DNA of 64,000 bases from Octopus vulgaris. Lineage: Eukaryota. The translations under genes and the position numbers were made by a program. The stretch lies in the NCBI GenBank assembly GCA_951406725.2, contig OX597819.1:67518001-67582000 (forward strand). The letters are read 5' to 3'. The stretch's first letter is position 1. Every line of letters starts with the position of its first letter. The notes beneath the pieces were generated by a model. It made no database searches and had not been told where the DNA came from. It worked only from the letters and a program-made list of their open reading frames with translations. Below are positions 43,348-56,980 of the stretch, piece by piece.

Positions 43348-43593
43348 ATTACTACTACTACTATATTTATAAGTATTGAAAGCTGGAAAATGCGATAGCA
43401 CACAGGACAATCTACCAATGTGCATATTGGTATTTCTTACACCTTAATGGTCTGAGATAATATTTCACAGAGGTCGACATTGCAAGTCATCCTTTCGTGG
43501 TAAATAAAATCAGTAACAGTTGAGAGTTGAGATAGATGTAATCAACTTAACCCCTGCCCAAATTTTGCTGGTCTTGTGCCAGAATTTTGAATC

Positions 43594-43649
<56 letters not shown>

Positions 43650-43663
43650 CATTATTATCATCC

Positions 43664-43824
<161 letters not shown>

Positions 43825-43878
43825 GATAGCTTAGAAATAATTATTTACTATTGCCAAAATTGCCGAAAATTTGTAATA

Positions 43879-44802
43879 ATGGTTACAGAAAGCGGCATAT
43901 TTATAAACTGTACCCTCGAACATAATACAACAATTATTTCTGCCATCCTTTCTGTGTGTTATGTATCAATAGTTTTGTTAATTTTTGGAACTATCGGTAA
44001 TGTAACCACGATAGTAATATTTTGCAGCAAATCCATGCCGAAATGTAAGATTAATCCATATCTTCTCTGCCTTCTTATTGTCGATACTTTTCTAATCTTG
44101 ACCACTTGTATAAGAAATATCTGGATATCGTGTAATTTGGATTTTACGCGAACAGTTACAAACTTGACTGAAAATACCATCTTAATTATCATCCTTGATA
44201 TTTTATCTACGTATTCTTCCTGGATCACCGTCATTATTTCTGTTGAACGTTTGTTGGCGGTATATTGCCCATTTTCACGACTCTTTTCTACAAGAAATGC
44301 TCCCCCATGCATTGTAATGTTTACTCTTCTTGTCATTGATATTTTTGCAGAATGTATGCTATTTTTTGTAACACCTAATCCCACCTATTCTTTCGCAATC
44401 ACTATGGTCTTCTATTCCTTGGTACCTGCAGCGTGTTTAGCTTTAAGCTCTATTATATTAATTTATAAATTATTCAGTCGACCGAAACTCGGTCAGAATT
44501 CTCATAGAAGCGGTGCTACACGAAATACGAACTCAATGTATATCGTACTTGCTATAAATATTGTATTTCTGTTAACAACGTTTCCTCCTACCATCTATAT
44601 CCTGGCTACAATATTTATGGCTTGCAATGTTGATACCACTTACAGAATTTTGGAGACGCTATCCCTGACGAATAACTGTGTTAAATTTATCATGTATTTC
44701 ATAGTGAGTAACAAGTTTCGGGAAAATGTGAAGCGTATGTGTATGAAGAAGCATAGCCGAACCAATAGATGCAATATGTATTATATTGAGACAAAATTAT
44801 AA
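43879..44802 (+). CDS. Intronless class A GPCR, 307 aa, paralog 5
   Basis: Complete ATG-TAA ORF, gap-free alignment to paralog 4, same 7TM motifs, ends ETKL. Confidence 0.95.
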   Translation: MVTESGIFINCTLEHNTTIISAILSVCYVSIVLLIFGTIGNVTTIVIFCSKSMPKCKINPYLLCLLIVDTFLILTTCIRNIWISCNLDFTRTVTNLTENTILIIILDILSTYSSWITVIISVERLLAVYCPFSRLFSTRNAPPCIVMFTLLVIDIFAECMLFFVTPNPTYSFAITMVFYSLVPAACLALSSIILIYKLFSRPKLGQNSHRSGATRNTNSMYIVLAINIVFLLTTFPPTIYILATIFMACNVDTTYRILETLSLTNNCVKFIMYFIVSNKFRENVKRMCMKKHSRTNRCNMYYIETKL

Positions 44803-44924
44803 TAATTAAACACGTTTCGATTATAGTTACTTCTTAAGTTTTCAATACTGTTAACTATATCTAAATATCTCTAAACAAGCACGCAGTCACACACACACAT
44901 ACACACATAAACATACACAAACAT

Positions 44925-44996
<72 letters not shown>

Positions 44997-45954
44997 GTAA
45001 TATTTTCAGTCTCACACACTTATAGAGACACATATTCATAATTCTACTTTTATTATCAACATGATCGTATTTGGAGTTTAATTTAACAATTATTAATTCT
45101 TATTTCTATTGTATGGAATTTTTGTCAAAACCCCTCTGTGTTCTACAAGGCATTGAACAATAGAGAGTTTTATTCATTTTCCCAGAAAAGAATACTTATA
45201 TGATCTAGAAGAGACGCTCAATTAATATTATCATATAGCTGCTACACCAATATAAAGAGCATCTTCATCAGTGAACTCCTCCAACATCCCACACTCAATT
45301 GAAATCATTGATACCAGCCATGACTACTTAACCAGGCATGACATCGAATATCTGGCAGATATCACTGCAATGGTACATGATGACCTAAATGAAATGTAGA
45401 ATTACGTCTGGATAATCAATGTTGACTTCAAATGATGTTTTTCTTCAGAGCAACCGACTGCTTGGTAAGAAAAAGTGTGTTATTAAAATTTACCTAGACA
45501 ATATCTCCAAATCCATGTAACTATTAGAAATTCGGACATGTGTACCACAACTGCGATTGACCACAACAGGTCTAAACTGTGCCAGTGCGCCACTCAGTAT
45601 TTTGACACTTTCAACGAATTATTCGTATTTGTAAAAATTATATACTTGCCTATGTATATATATATATATTGTTGGTTTCCTTGTCCTGTTTTTATTCTTT
45701 ATGTGTACTGTATTTCTATCTATTTGTATTGTTTTACGTCCTGTTCTCGTCACTTTTTTTTACCCCTCTGCAAAAGAATTTTTTAAAATTCATTTTGCAG
45801 GAAGGACTGTTTCGGCCGGATCGTGTTCTGCCCTTACCTTCGAAACACGCATTGAGTCGAACCAGGGACAGCTGATGAAAGGGAATATTCCTTGTATTGT
45901 TTGTCTTGTACTTAGTTTTTTCGTTGTTAAAAAAAGACGTTTGTTTGTGGTGTC

Positions 45955-46054
<100 letters not shown>

Positions 46055-46133
46055 TGTATATATATGCATGTATATATACATATAGATGTAGGTATGTACA
46101 TATATGTATGAATATGTGTTATTGTTAAATTGT

Positions 46134-46178
<45 letters not shown>

Positions 46179-46524
46179 AAGGTTTATTCACTTGACCGTT
46201 TTCTTTTTTTCAGAAAAATAGTGTCAAAAGTAAACTGTAAAGATTTGTATAAGGTTTATTGTATTAAGTACTGGTTGACACAAAAGTATTAAAATATTTA
46301 TATACATTCTTTGATAATAATAACAAAATGTTAAAACTGTTTACAAGAAAGTATTTACGAAAATATTCAACAAAAATTATTAGGAGTTCAATAAAAATCA
46401 TGCTGTTTGGTAGTGTATATAAACACAGAAGGAGATATCTTTAAAAGTTTACAAAAAGTTCGCAATACAAACTGTCTTTTATATATATGTCCACTCCTGC
46501 GGTATCTTAAAACATTACTTTGTC

Positions 46525-46578
<54 letters not shown>

Positions 46579-46708
46579 ATGTGTATATATATATGTATAT
46601 ATATAAATATATATATATACATATATATTTTATATATATATATAAATACATATATATTTTATATATATATATAAATACATATATATATACATACATATAT
46701 ATATATAT

Positions 46709-46740
<32 letters not shown>

Positions 46741-46872
46741 ACATACATACATATATATACATATATATATACATATATATATATATATACATATATACAT
46801 ACATATATGTATATATATATATAAATACATATATATACATATATAAATATATATATATACATATATCTATAT

Positions 46873-46926
<54 letters not shown>

Positions 46927-47289
46927 GAACATATATATACATTTATATATATATAATATTATATTATACTATAGTTCAGACCATTCTATTATCGTATTTT
47001 TAAAATTTTATTTTTAATTCCATTCCACTGTTTATCTGAAGTCAGCTATCCTAGTTCAAATCACACCAATTAACTCCTTACCAACATAAAATACTACCTA
47101 CTAATATTTTCTTCATTGAATATATTATTTTCAATTACATTTTAAATTTGCAATTACAGATTTTAGATTTGAAATTTAAATTATTATCATTATTCTTACT
47201 GCGAATTAATTTTATGACTTATTATTACTTTTAATCTCATCTTTATATTTATTTTTGTTTTTAAATTTCTTTAAAAACATCGAGTGTAT

Positions 47290-47835
47290 CTTATGTGTGC
47301 AAGCCTGAATTGCATCAGGAATTTTATTTAGCATACCATGATTGTAATTCTTCAAAATAAAGGATGCCTCTCTAATGCATAATCCACATCTAGTGGTTCC
47401 GATTCCAAAGGGAGGGGCATGAGCTAGGATGGACCACGATAATTTGAATTCTATACACTTTTCCGTAAGGTCGTTTATAAAAGTCGCTGAAGCGGTGGAT
47501 GTCCTATATTTTGGATTTTTAAAGGAACTAAGGTGGCCCCTATACCTTTGATTGAAGTCTGTCGTACACCCGATATAGGTTTTTCTTTGGCCATTATTGA
47601 TTTGTACGTTACATTTGTAGATTACATTATTCTGGCAACAATTTCCGCTAACCGGACATTTTGAAGGTCCCCTACAATTACACTTTACTTTATTGCTAGC
47701 AAATCCCCCAAATCTACTGGTATTGCCTCCATTGAAATCATAAACTGGAAATTAGCTCAATTAGAGCACTTTATTTCCAGCCGGTTTCTGGGTATTGTTA
47801 AAGTTAACAATCACTACTTAAAATTGTATTTCTTT
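47290..47835 (-). mobile_element. Penelope-like element GIY-YIG endonuclease fragment
   Basis: Manual translation (not in ORF track): CNCRGPSKCPVSGNCCQNNVIYKCNVQINNGQRKTYIGCTTDFNQRYRGHLSSF...WSILAHAPPF...RCGLCIREASFI...LNK. Confidence 0.88.
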
Positions 47836-47838
47836 AAT

Positions 47839-47893
<55 letters not shown>

Positions 47894-48145
47894 GTATATA
47901 TATAATGTGTATATATATATAATCTATATATATAATGTATATATATAATGCATATATATATATACATGTATATAATGTATGTATATATTTATGCGTATAT
48001 GTATATGTTTATATATGTGTGTATGTATATATGTGTATGTATATACATGTGTTTATGTGTGTATTTGTGTATATGTATATATATATATGATATTCATAAC
48101 CTACGACTTTCTTCCTTTCTTTTCCTCTATATATCTGTAAATTTT

Positions 48146-48268
<123 letters not shown>

Positions 48269-48535
48269 GTATATATGCCTATATATATATTGTATATATA
48301 TATAATCTTTATATATAATGTATATATCAATAATGTATATATATATATATAATGTATATATATAATGCATATGTATATATAATGTATATATATAATGCAT
48401 ATATATATATATGTAATGTATATATATATATATATAATGTATATATATATGTATGCGTATATGTATATGTTTATATATGTGTGTATGTATATATGTGTAT
48501 GTATATACATGTTTTTATGTGTCTATATGTGTATA

Positions 48536-48575
<40 letters not shown>

Positions 48576-48584
48576 TAGATATAT

Positions 48585-48619
<35 letters not shown>

Positions 48620-48687
48620 TTCATAACCTACGCATTTCTTCCTTTCTCCTTCTCCTATATATACCTGTCAATCTTTCTATCTATCTA

Positions 48688-50263
48688 CGAGGGGCGTTCA
48701 ATAAGTAATGCCCCTGATCCACTTCCCATAGCAGTAGAGCAACGAAACTTGGCACAGTTATTAGTCTTTTTCTACATAAGAACATCCCGGAGTTACGCAT
48801 TTCTCCTATTGTTTGATGCAGCTCTGGAGACCGTTTTCGTAGAGGACCCCAGCTTGGTCCTCCAACCACGACGTGACTTCGGAAATCAAGGCTGCATCAT
48901 CTGGGAAATGCTTTCCTTTCAAAAACAACTTAATGGCTGGGAAGAGGTGAAAATCAGAGGGTGCAAGGTCAGGAGAGTAGGAGGATGGGGGAAGAGTTCA
49001 TAGCCGCACGCCTGTGCTTCTGATCTTGCGACACGCGAGTTGTGGACCGGAGCGTTGTCCTGCAAGAGGAGGATGCCTTTGCTGATCTTGCCCCGCCTCT
49101 TGGTTTTGATAGCTTCTCTTAATTTCCTCAAAAGTGAAGCATGATAGGCTCCTGTAATTGTGGTACCCTTTGCCAGGAAATCTGTCATCACTACTCCGTC
49201 CTGGTCCCAGAAGACTGTGAGCATGACCTTGCCAGCGGAGGGCTGCACCCTTGCCTTCTTTAGAGGAGGTGAGTCATCGTGCTTCCACTGCATTGACTGG
49301 GCTTTGGTCTCTGGATCATAGTGATGGACCCAGGTCTCATCCTTTGTAATCAGTCTTTTGAAAAATTTTGATTCATCTTCTTGGCACATCCCTAAGTTTA
49401 TCCTCGAGCACTCGACGCGTTCTTGCTTCTGGAAAAGTGTGAGCAACCTGAGAATCCATCTGGAAGACACCTTTTGCATGGGCTATTTGGCGAATAGTTA
49501 TGCGTCGATCTTTTAAAATGGCAGCCTCAGCTTGACGGAAAGATGCCTCATCAATGGCAGAAGGGGTGCGACCAGATCTGGGAGCTGTTTCCACAGAGTT
49601 CCGACCATGTTTGAATTCACGATGCCAGCGTTTTACAAGGTCATATTAAAGACTCCGCCGGTTACGACGACGAGGGTCCCAGCTGATACGATCAACGGAA
49701 CAGCTTGCTCGTGAAATTAACGTGCAAATGGCTGAGCATTCCACAGACACGTGTACCCTTAACGTAGTTCTCGGGGATAATCAGCGTGACACAGAGAGTG
49801 ACAAGGCTGACCCTTTGAAATACAAGTACAACTCATTTTTGCCAGCTGAGTGGACTGGAGCAACGTGAAATAAAGTGTCTTGCTCAAGGACACAACGCGT
49901 CGCCGGGAATCGAACTCACAACCTTACAATCATGAGCCGAATGCCCTAACCACTAAGCCACGCGCCCTCACATGACAAGGTCATATGATGGGGCATCATC
50001 ACCATAAGTTACTTTCATTTCATCAAAATTCTCCTGTGGTGTGCGTCATTTCAAATACAAAAACCGGATCACTGCTCGACACTCAACAGGCTCCATTTCC
50101 CACTTGACTCATTTCAAACACCTGTAAATCAGAAACTACAATTAGTTCAGAGCTGTAATTTGCCACGTAATCTATAAAAACATAAATAATTGCACATGCC
50201 AAATTTCAGCTAGATCAAACAAGGGCAAGTGGGTCAGAGACATTACTTATTGAACGCCCCTCG
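48688..50263 (-). mobile_element. Mariner transposon (defective) with TIRs and TA TSD
   Basis: TA|CGAGGGGCGTTCAATAAGTAATG ... CATTACTTATTGAACGCCCCTCG|TA; transposase PRSGRT, DETWVHHYDPE, QDNAPVH, frameshifted HPPYSPDLAPSDF. Confidence 0.95.
49647..49974 (-). mobile_element. tRNA-derived SINE inserted in the mariner, 12-bp TSD
   Basis: ACAAGGTCATAT at 49635-49646 and 49975-49986; A box TGGCTTAGTGG, B box GAGTTCGATTCC. Confidence 0.92.
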
Positions 50264-50321
50264 TATATATTTATCTATCTATCTATCTATCTACCTCTCT
50301 CTCTATATATATGTACATATG

Positions 50322-50377
<56 letters not shown>

Positions 50378-50380
<3 letters not shown>

Positions 50381-51680
50381 CGGTTCAACTTCTCCAGGCG
50401 TCCCTGTCGTCTTAACATCTCCCGAGCCGAACTCTCGTCTCTTTGTTTCCTCCGACGCCGCGCTGACATCGCTATAAAACCGGCCGACAAGCGTGGAGCA
50501 GTGATGGTATGGCGCGAGGATCTCTACAAGGCCGATGCTCTCCGCCAACCTCCTGACACCTCCTTCTACTCTCCTCTGACGCCACGCCCAGCTACCAACA
50601 GACGGTCTCCTCTACCATCATTGACCTCATTTCGTCCTCCCGTCTCCCCCACACCGCCTCCAACTACATTGTCCGAAACAACGCACCCCCACCAGTTACG
50701 TCCTCCCCCAAATCTACAAACCCCACAACCATGGCCGCCCCATCGTCTCCGCTTGTAACCGGTCCACCGAGCTTATCTCCAAATATCTCGACCGTGTTCT
50801 TGCCCCCCAAGTGGCTTCTCTCCCTTTTCACATCTGACACCAACCATGCTCTTCGTCTATTCAACTCTTTCTCTCCCCCCCTGGTCCCTCCAAACTTTTG
50901 TTTACACTGGACATCCAGAGCCTCTATACTGTGATCCCTCACCACGAGGGGCTGCGTGCACTGCAACACTTCCTGGACCTCCGAGCCAATCCCCAAACCG
51001 ACACCTCCACACTCGTTCGTCTGGCCGAACTTGTCCGCTTACTCAACTGCTTCTCGTTCGCGGGTAAATTCTTCCAGCAATCTCGGGAGTGGCCACGGGA
51101 ACGAGAATGGGTCCCAACAATGCAAACCTGTTCGTTGGCTATGTTGAGGCCCAAATATTCTCCAGTTTCACTGATCCCACTCCCGAACTATATGGCCGTT
51201 ATATTGACGACTTTATCGGTGCCACCTCACTCTCTCGCGAACATCTAGACTCATTCCTCTCCTCAAATATTTCCATCCTACACTCCACTTCTCCTGCACT
51301 ATCTCTGAAACCTCTGTCTCCTTTCTTGACATTTCAGTCAGCATTCATCATGCCACTCTTACCACCTCCATCCACTACAAACACACAGACTCACACTCAT
51401 ACTTCAAATTCTCCTCCTCCCACCCCAAACACACCAAGCTTTCCATCCCCTATTCCCAATTCCTTCGCGGAACACTTCCTAGACATCCGCCTCCGCAATG
51501 ACACCCCGGTCTCACGCCATTTTCGCTCTACCGGTCACTCTTTGCAACACCAGTCTGAGTTCGGATTGCCCTTGCACAGAGGCCATCCTGAGGCCCGTTT
51601 GCGCCGTGAACAGGGATTAATCTTCTCTCTTCGCTTCTTTACGCCATTTAGGCTCAACTCTCCTCCCCTCTCCATCTAAC
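50378..51680 (+). mobile_element. Penelope-like retroelement RT fragment with internal deletion
   Basis: IKPADK, GRPIVS, LDIQSLYTVIPH, TGTRMGP..ANLFVG, RYIDD, SIPYSQF joined directly to the end of GIY-YIG (FAEH..PVSRHF); GC-rich relative to the window. Confidence 0.88.
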
Positions 51681-52240
51681 CCCCTCTCCTTGCCTCTCTC
51701 CCCCTCGCTCCTACTTCATCCCACCTAACTCTCCTCTCTTGCCGCGACTTCTGCTTCTCTTCACTCCTACTTCTCTTCACCCATACTCTTTTCCCCTCTT
51801 CTCACTCTCTTTCTCTCTCCTCTCTTTCTCTTTTACTCTCTTTCTCTCTTCTCTCTCCCCATCCAACTCTCTTCTCTTGCCCCAACTCCTACTTCTCTTC
51901 ACTCCTGCTTCTCTTCACTTCGACTTCTCTTCACCTCTACTCTGTCCCTCTTCTCTCTTACTCGTTTCTCTCTTTCTCTCCCCTCTTTCCTTCTTCTCTC
52001 TTACTCTCCTTCTCTCTCTCTATATATATCATATTGTTTGCACATGTAATATTGTCATCTTATATATGTGCTTAATAATTAAAATCGATTTCTGCATCAC
52101 CATTTGTAATATTGGTGTTGATGTTTTACATATTTTGATTTATACTGATGTAAAATATTTTATTTGCATAAAACATTTATTACCCATGGTATAAATTTAA
52201 GCTTGTCTATATACTTCATGATAAACAGATGCATATATGT

Positions 52241-52304
<64 letters not shown>

Positions 52305-52824
52305 ATATATGTATATATGTATGCATAATATATACAAATTATATATGGTGTACGCAGGTGGGTGTATGAGTGCATTTGTGCATGTTTGTCTGTTTTTGCG
52401 CGCGCGTTTTGTCTTCATGTCTGTGTGTGGGTCGGGTTATGCTTCCACATCGTTAAATACAGTTATATAGATTCTCTGAACAGTGCAAGCTTCTTTTAAC
52501 AAGACTCATTTCAATCTATTGAAAACATACTATTTGCTTTATGAAAACTGGACTGTATATATTGATTTACTACATAATTGAAAATGTACAGGTAACGTAC
52601 TTACGTTAAATACGCTAATTAGAAAAATCAACATTGGATTCTGAATCATCATTTCAATCTCTGCCATCATCGTGAACATATTATGTTACTACAAACACAG
52701 TAGTTGCAATATTTCAACCGTTCTATGTTACATTTAGCACACTAGATTTGGAATAATTTATCCTATATATCCTTCAAGAATTCCTCTCTGACAACATTGA
52801 TTCCTGGTGATTTGCATATATACG

Positions 52825-52877
<53 letters not shown>

Positions 52878-53154
52878 TAAGGGTGAGAGAATTAGATACT
52901 AATTTAATAGTATGTCCATTCAACACCAAGTGGCCCAGTGCCTCGAGAAACCTGGATTATTATAATATTTTATAATATATTATAATATTATTTTATACAA
53001 AAATAAATATAAGAGAATGGTCACTATGTGTCTCATTCTTGCACTAGAAAATCCAAAAGGTTTCAACCACAAAAATACATGTTTCACATGAAAGTCAGTA
53101 CGATTGTTAGCTCACACGAACAGGGCAAATAAAAAATAACAAAAATACAGATTA

Positions 53155-53235
53155 TTTTGTGACAATTGTTTCGCTATTAATGAATTAAATGTAATTTTAC
53201 TTACAAAAAACCCACTTGTAGCTCCTCAGCCAAAA
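53155..53235 (-). ncRNA. Type I hammerhead ribozyme (copy with a stem I mismatch)
   Basis: Minus strand TTTTGG-CTGAGGA-GCTA..TAGC-GAAA-CAATTG-TC-ACAAAA. Confidence 0.7.
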
Positions 53236-53528
53236 CTATCTGGATGAAATCCACTCAATCACACGCCAGATTTTACCATAACGATAAATACACGTGTGTT
53301 TCAATTGATTACATCCGACGTTATAATTCAAATGCCCCTACTAACAGCGCGGCAAACTTTCACGGAAACAAATGCTACATTTAGAAATAAATGTAGCATA
53401 ATTATAATTAATTAATAAGGGTGAGAGAATTAGATACTAATTTAATAGTATGTCCATTCAACACCAAGTGGCCCAGTGCCTCGAATGGTAAAATCTGGCG
53501 TGTGATTGAGTGGATTTCATCCAGATAG

Positions 53529-53609
53529 TTTTGGCTGAGGAGCTACAAGTGGGTTTTTTGTAAGTAAAATTACATTTAATTCATTAATAGCGAAACAATT
53601 GTCCCAAAA
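53529..53609 (+). ncRNA. Type I hammerhead ribozyme
   Basis: TTTTGG-CTGAGGA-GCTA(42 nt)TAGC-GAAA-CAATTG-TC-CCAAAA; 6-bp stem I, GUC cleavage triplet ending at 53603. Confidence 0.85.
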
Positions 53610-54066
53610 TAATCTGTATTTTTGTTATTTTTTATTTGCCCTGTTCGTGTGAGCTAACAATCGTACTGACTTTCATGTGAAACATGTATTTTTGTGGTTG
53701 AAACCTTTTGGATTTTCTAGTGCAAGAATGAGACATATAGTGACCATTCTCTTATATTTATTTTTGTATAAAATAATATTATAATATATTATAAAATATT
53801 ATAATAATCCAGGTTTCTCGAGGCACTGGGCCACTTGGTGTTGAATGGACATACTATTAAATTAGTATCTAATTCTCTCACCCTTATTAATTAATTATAA
53901 TTATGCTACATTTATTTCTAAATGTAGTATTTGTTTCCGTGAAAGTTTGCCGCGCTGTTAGTAGGGGCATTTGAATTATAACGTCGGATGTAATCAATTG
54001 AACCACACGTGTATTTATCGTTATGGTAAAATCTGGCGTGTGATTGAGTGGATTTCATCCAGATAG

Positions 54067-54147
54067 TTTTGGCTGAGGAGCTACAAGTGGGTTTTTTGTA
54101 AGTAAAATTACATTTAATTCATTAATAGCGAAACAATTGTCCCAAAA
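54067..54147 (+). ncRNA. Type I hammerhead ribozyme, tandem copy 538 bp downstream
   Basis: Same motif as 53529-53609; cleavage triplet ends at 54141. Confidence 0.85.
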
Positions 54148-54302
54148 TAATCTGTATTTTTGTTATTTTTTATTTGCCCTGTTCGTGTGAGCTAACAATC
54201 GTACTGACTTTCATGTGAAACATGTATTTTTGTGGTTGAAACCTTTTGGATTTTCTAGTGCAAGAATGAGACACATAGTGACCATTCTCTTATATTTATT
54301 TT

Positions 54303-54361
<59 letters not shown>

Positions 54362-55861
54362 GCGCGCGTTCGTGTGTGTGTGTGCATGTCTTTGTGTGTG
54401 TGTGTGTTGTCTGTGTGTGCGTGTGTAGAAGTTTGAAAAAGAACACACGAGTTGATATCTATATATGGAAAACATAGTCAAGGTAGAAATTACTAAAATA
54501 ATTTTATTAAAAAAACATTTCAGTACCTGTTTCGGTCATTGAGACTGTAAGGGGAGCAATTACATTTGGGAGAAAATTAAATGAAAAGTATTTTAATTTT
54601 ATGCAAATATTATTTCAAAATATGCAGCTACATCTCGCTGCTGCGTGTTTGAGTTTATTATGTGTATTGTTTTTGCACCATTTGTAACACGTATTATACT
54701 TGTTGGATCTAAACTGTTATTGATTTGCCTACGAGGCAGAAAATTGTGCTTTGGTGATAATTAATTTTGTTGGACAACTTTTTCCGATTATTCTTTGTCC
54801 GTTGCAGGGTAAAATATTAAGTTTTTTCATTTCTGAAACTTTTGTCATTTTTTCTGAAAAAAAGTTTGTGCAAAATGGAATCCAATTTAATGTCTGAGCA
54901 GGATTTCCCTGCGATGGTAAAGGCAGCTAACGTTGAAATTGTACAAAATGGAGAAAAAGAAAATCCCAGTCTTTCGGCTGCTGTAGGCGGAATTTTAATA
55001 GAGATGAATGTGACTAAGGAACAATTTTTCAAGTACTGAACTCTAATTAAGGAAAATGGAAACGACACAAAGTTATTACCCCCGCAGGAAACAGTAGAAA
55101 CTTTAATGGCGGGAACAGTGGTATATAAAGTATACAACATAAAAGAAGAAAGAATAATGTCGGCGAAAATGAGATAGTACAAAGATGTTTGGCGCCTATT
55201 TGGAGTGCAATTATCTACTTGGTACGTGGAGCAATTCGAAAGCGCAGATATTGCAGGGATGATATCGACGAGAACATTATATTACCTATATCAATAACAA
55301 TGTTATTCTAATAGGTAAAAAATATTAAACACACTGTTTATTAATATATGAAACTAAATAAGAGATATATAACAATGTCATAATTTGAACAATTATAAAT
55401 TAAATTCAACTTAGATACTTTATACAAACATATGACGCATCTCATATATTACAGCTGCTTCCCCTGCAAGACGCAACGGAAATTTTTGACAAATTAAAAA
55501 TAAGAAATAAATGGAAATTTTACCGGTGAGTGTGTTACATTATCAAGCAGAAAAACATAATGACTCTCCCCAGACACAACAGAATATGCTTCAACACACG
55601 AACGAATATAAAGTAACTTGCAAACCAAATCCAAAAACGAAACATAAAACCGTTTTTCAAGAATAATTATATCCGTTTAAATATGTAATGATGTTTTATC
55701 AGATCAACATATCTCCAGTCATCTGAATAAAATGTTTCTTTCTTCCTTGCAACAATGTAATGTTTTCATTGATCTGTTAAAGGAGTCGATTGAATCGGCC
55801 GTAAAGATTTGCACATATACATCTTTGTTACTTATATATATGCGTGCGTTAGTGTGTATGA

Positions 55862-55904
<43 letters not shown>

Positions 55905-56365
55905 CACGTCCCAATTAGAATTTAATGCATCATGTTGTGGAAGGTAAACGCAGTATTCGAACGATTTTCAGAGTAAACCCCACTTACGAGGCGTCATCGG
56001 CAAAACTATGTGGTCGTTGTTAGATCTACATCAAGAATTTCGTGGTGTAATTTTACAGAAATTAAAGTATATATTTAGTGTATATATACATTTAAATTTA
56101 ATGTATATATAAAACTACATGTGAATGGATGGCGATTTTCTTCCTCCGTATAACTTTCTATTGGACATTCCGAAAAAGAGCGTTGCTCGAAACGTTAATC
56201 CAACTATCTATCCTTCCCTGAGCCTCTACTAATATTTACAGGCACCAAGTTCTTGCGTTGTTGCGTTGTTTTTGTGTTTGTACTCCATTATTTGAGGATT
56301 TACTTCATATATATATATGTTTATACATATATATATATATGTTTATACATATATATATATATATA

Positions 56366-56790
56366 ATAGGCGCAGGAGTGGCTATAGGCGCAGGAGTGGC
56401 TGTGTGGTAAGTAGCTTGCTAACCAACCACATGGTTCCGGGTTCAGTCCCACTGCGTGGCATCTTGGGCAAGTGTCTTCTGCTATAGCCCCGGTCCGACC
56501 AATGCCTTGTGAGTGGATTTGGTAGACGGAAACTGAAAGAAGTCTGTTGTATATATGTATATATATATATGTGTGTGTATGTGTGTTTGTGTCTGTGTTT
56601 GTCCCCCTAGCATTGCTTGACAACCGATGCTGGTGTGTTTACGTCCCCGTAACTTAGCGGTTCGGCAAAAGAGACCGATAGAATAAGTACTGGGCTTACA
56701 AAGAATAAGTCCCGGGGTCGATTTGTTCGACTAAAGGCGGTGCCCCAGCATGGCCGCAGTCAAATGACTGAAATAAGTAAAAATTAAAAA
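56366..56790 (+). mobile_element. Full-length tRNA-derived SINE of an abundant octopus-type family
   Basis: tRNA-like head (TGGCTGTGTGG, GGTTCAGTCC), CORE-like TTGGGCAAGTGTCTT, internal (TA/TG)n, A-rich tail; 18-bp head duplication; absent from the paralogous site near 32120-32160. Confidence 0.88.
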
Positions 56791-56945
56791 AAAAAAATAC
56801 GTGTGTGTGTGTGTGAGTGTGTGTGTATGCATGTATATATATATATATATATGTATGTATGCATGTATGTATATGTATATATGTATATATATTTATATAT
56901 ACATATATACATATTTGTATGTATATGTATATATGTATATATATT

Positions 56946-56980
<35 letters not shown>

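Larger units (their letters stand above)
52871..54305. repeat. 538-bp hammerhead-containing unit in tandem and inverted arrangement
   Basis: Unit start repeats at 52871 and 53409; orientation flips at 53485; about 1.5 inverted units follow; copies near-identical; flanked by (TA)n. Confidence 0.92.

Noticed and set aside
43959-44384. Antisense 141-aa ORF over GPCR copy 5
   Set aside because: Shadow of the sense gene; not kept at full length in paralogs.
45830-45890. GAAAC...GTC...CTGATGA as a type II hammerhead (similar motif near 5405-5445)
   Set aside because: Stems I and III cannot be paired convincingly; at most a decayed repeat.
46407-46942. Long YI/YM-repeat ORFs here and throughout the window
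   Set aside because: Translations of (TA)n/(TACA)n microsatellites with no coding signal.
49880-49974. tRNA gene (also heads at 10971, 23740, 56385, 61640)
   Set aside because: A/B boxes are fused to SINE bodies, one with a TSD, and no complete cloverleaf is evident.
56165-56200. CCGAAAAAGAGC..GCTCGAAACGTT minimal hammerhead-like motif (relatives near 5655, 31985, 40420)
   Set aside because: The CUGANGA core is mutated in every copy; probable remnants, not called as ribozymes.
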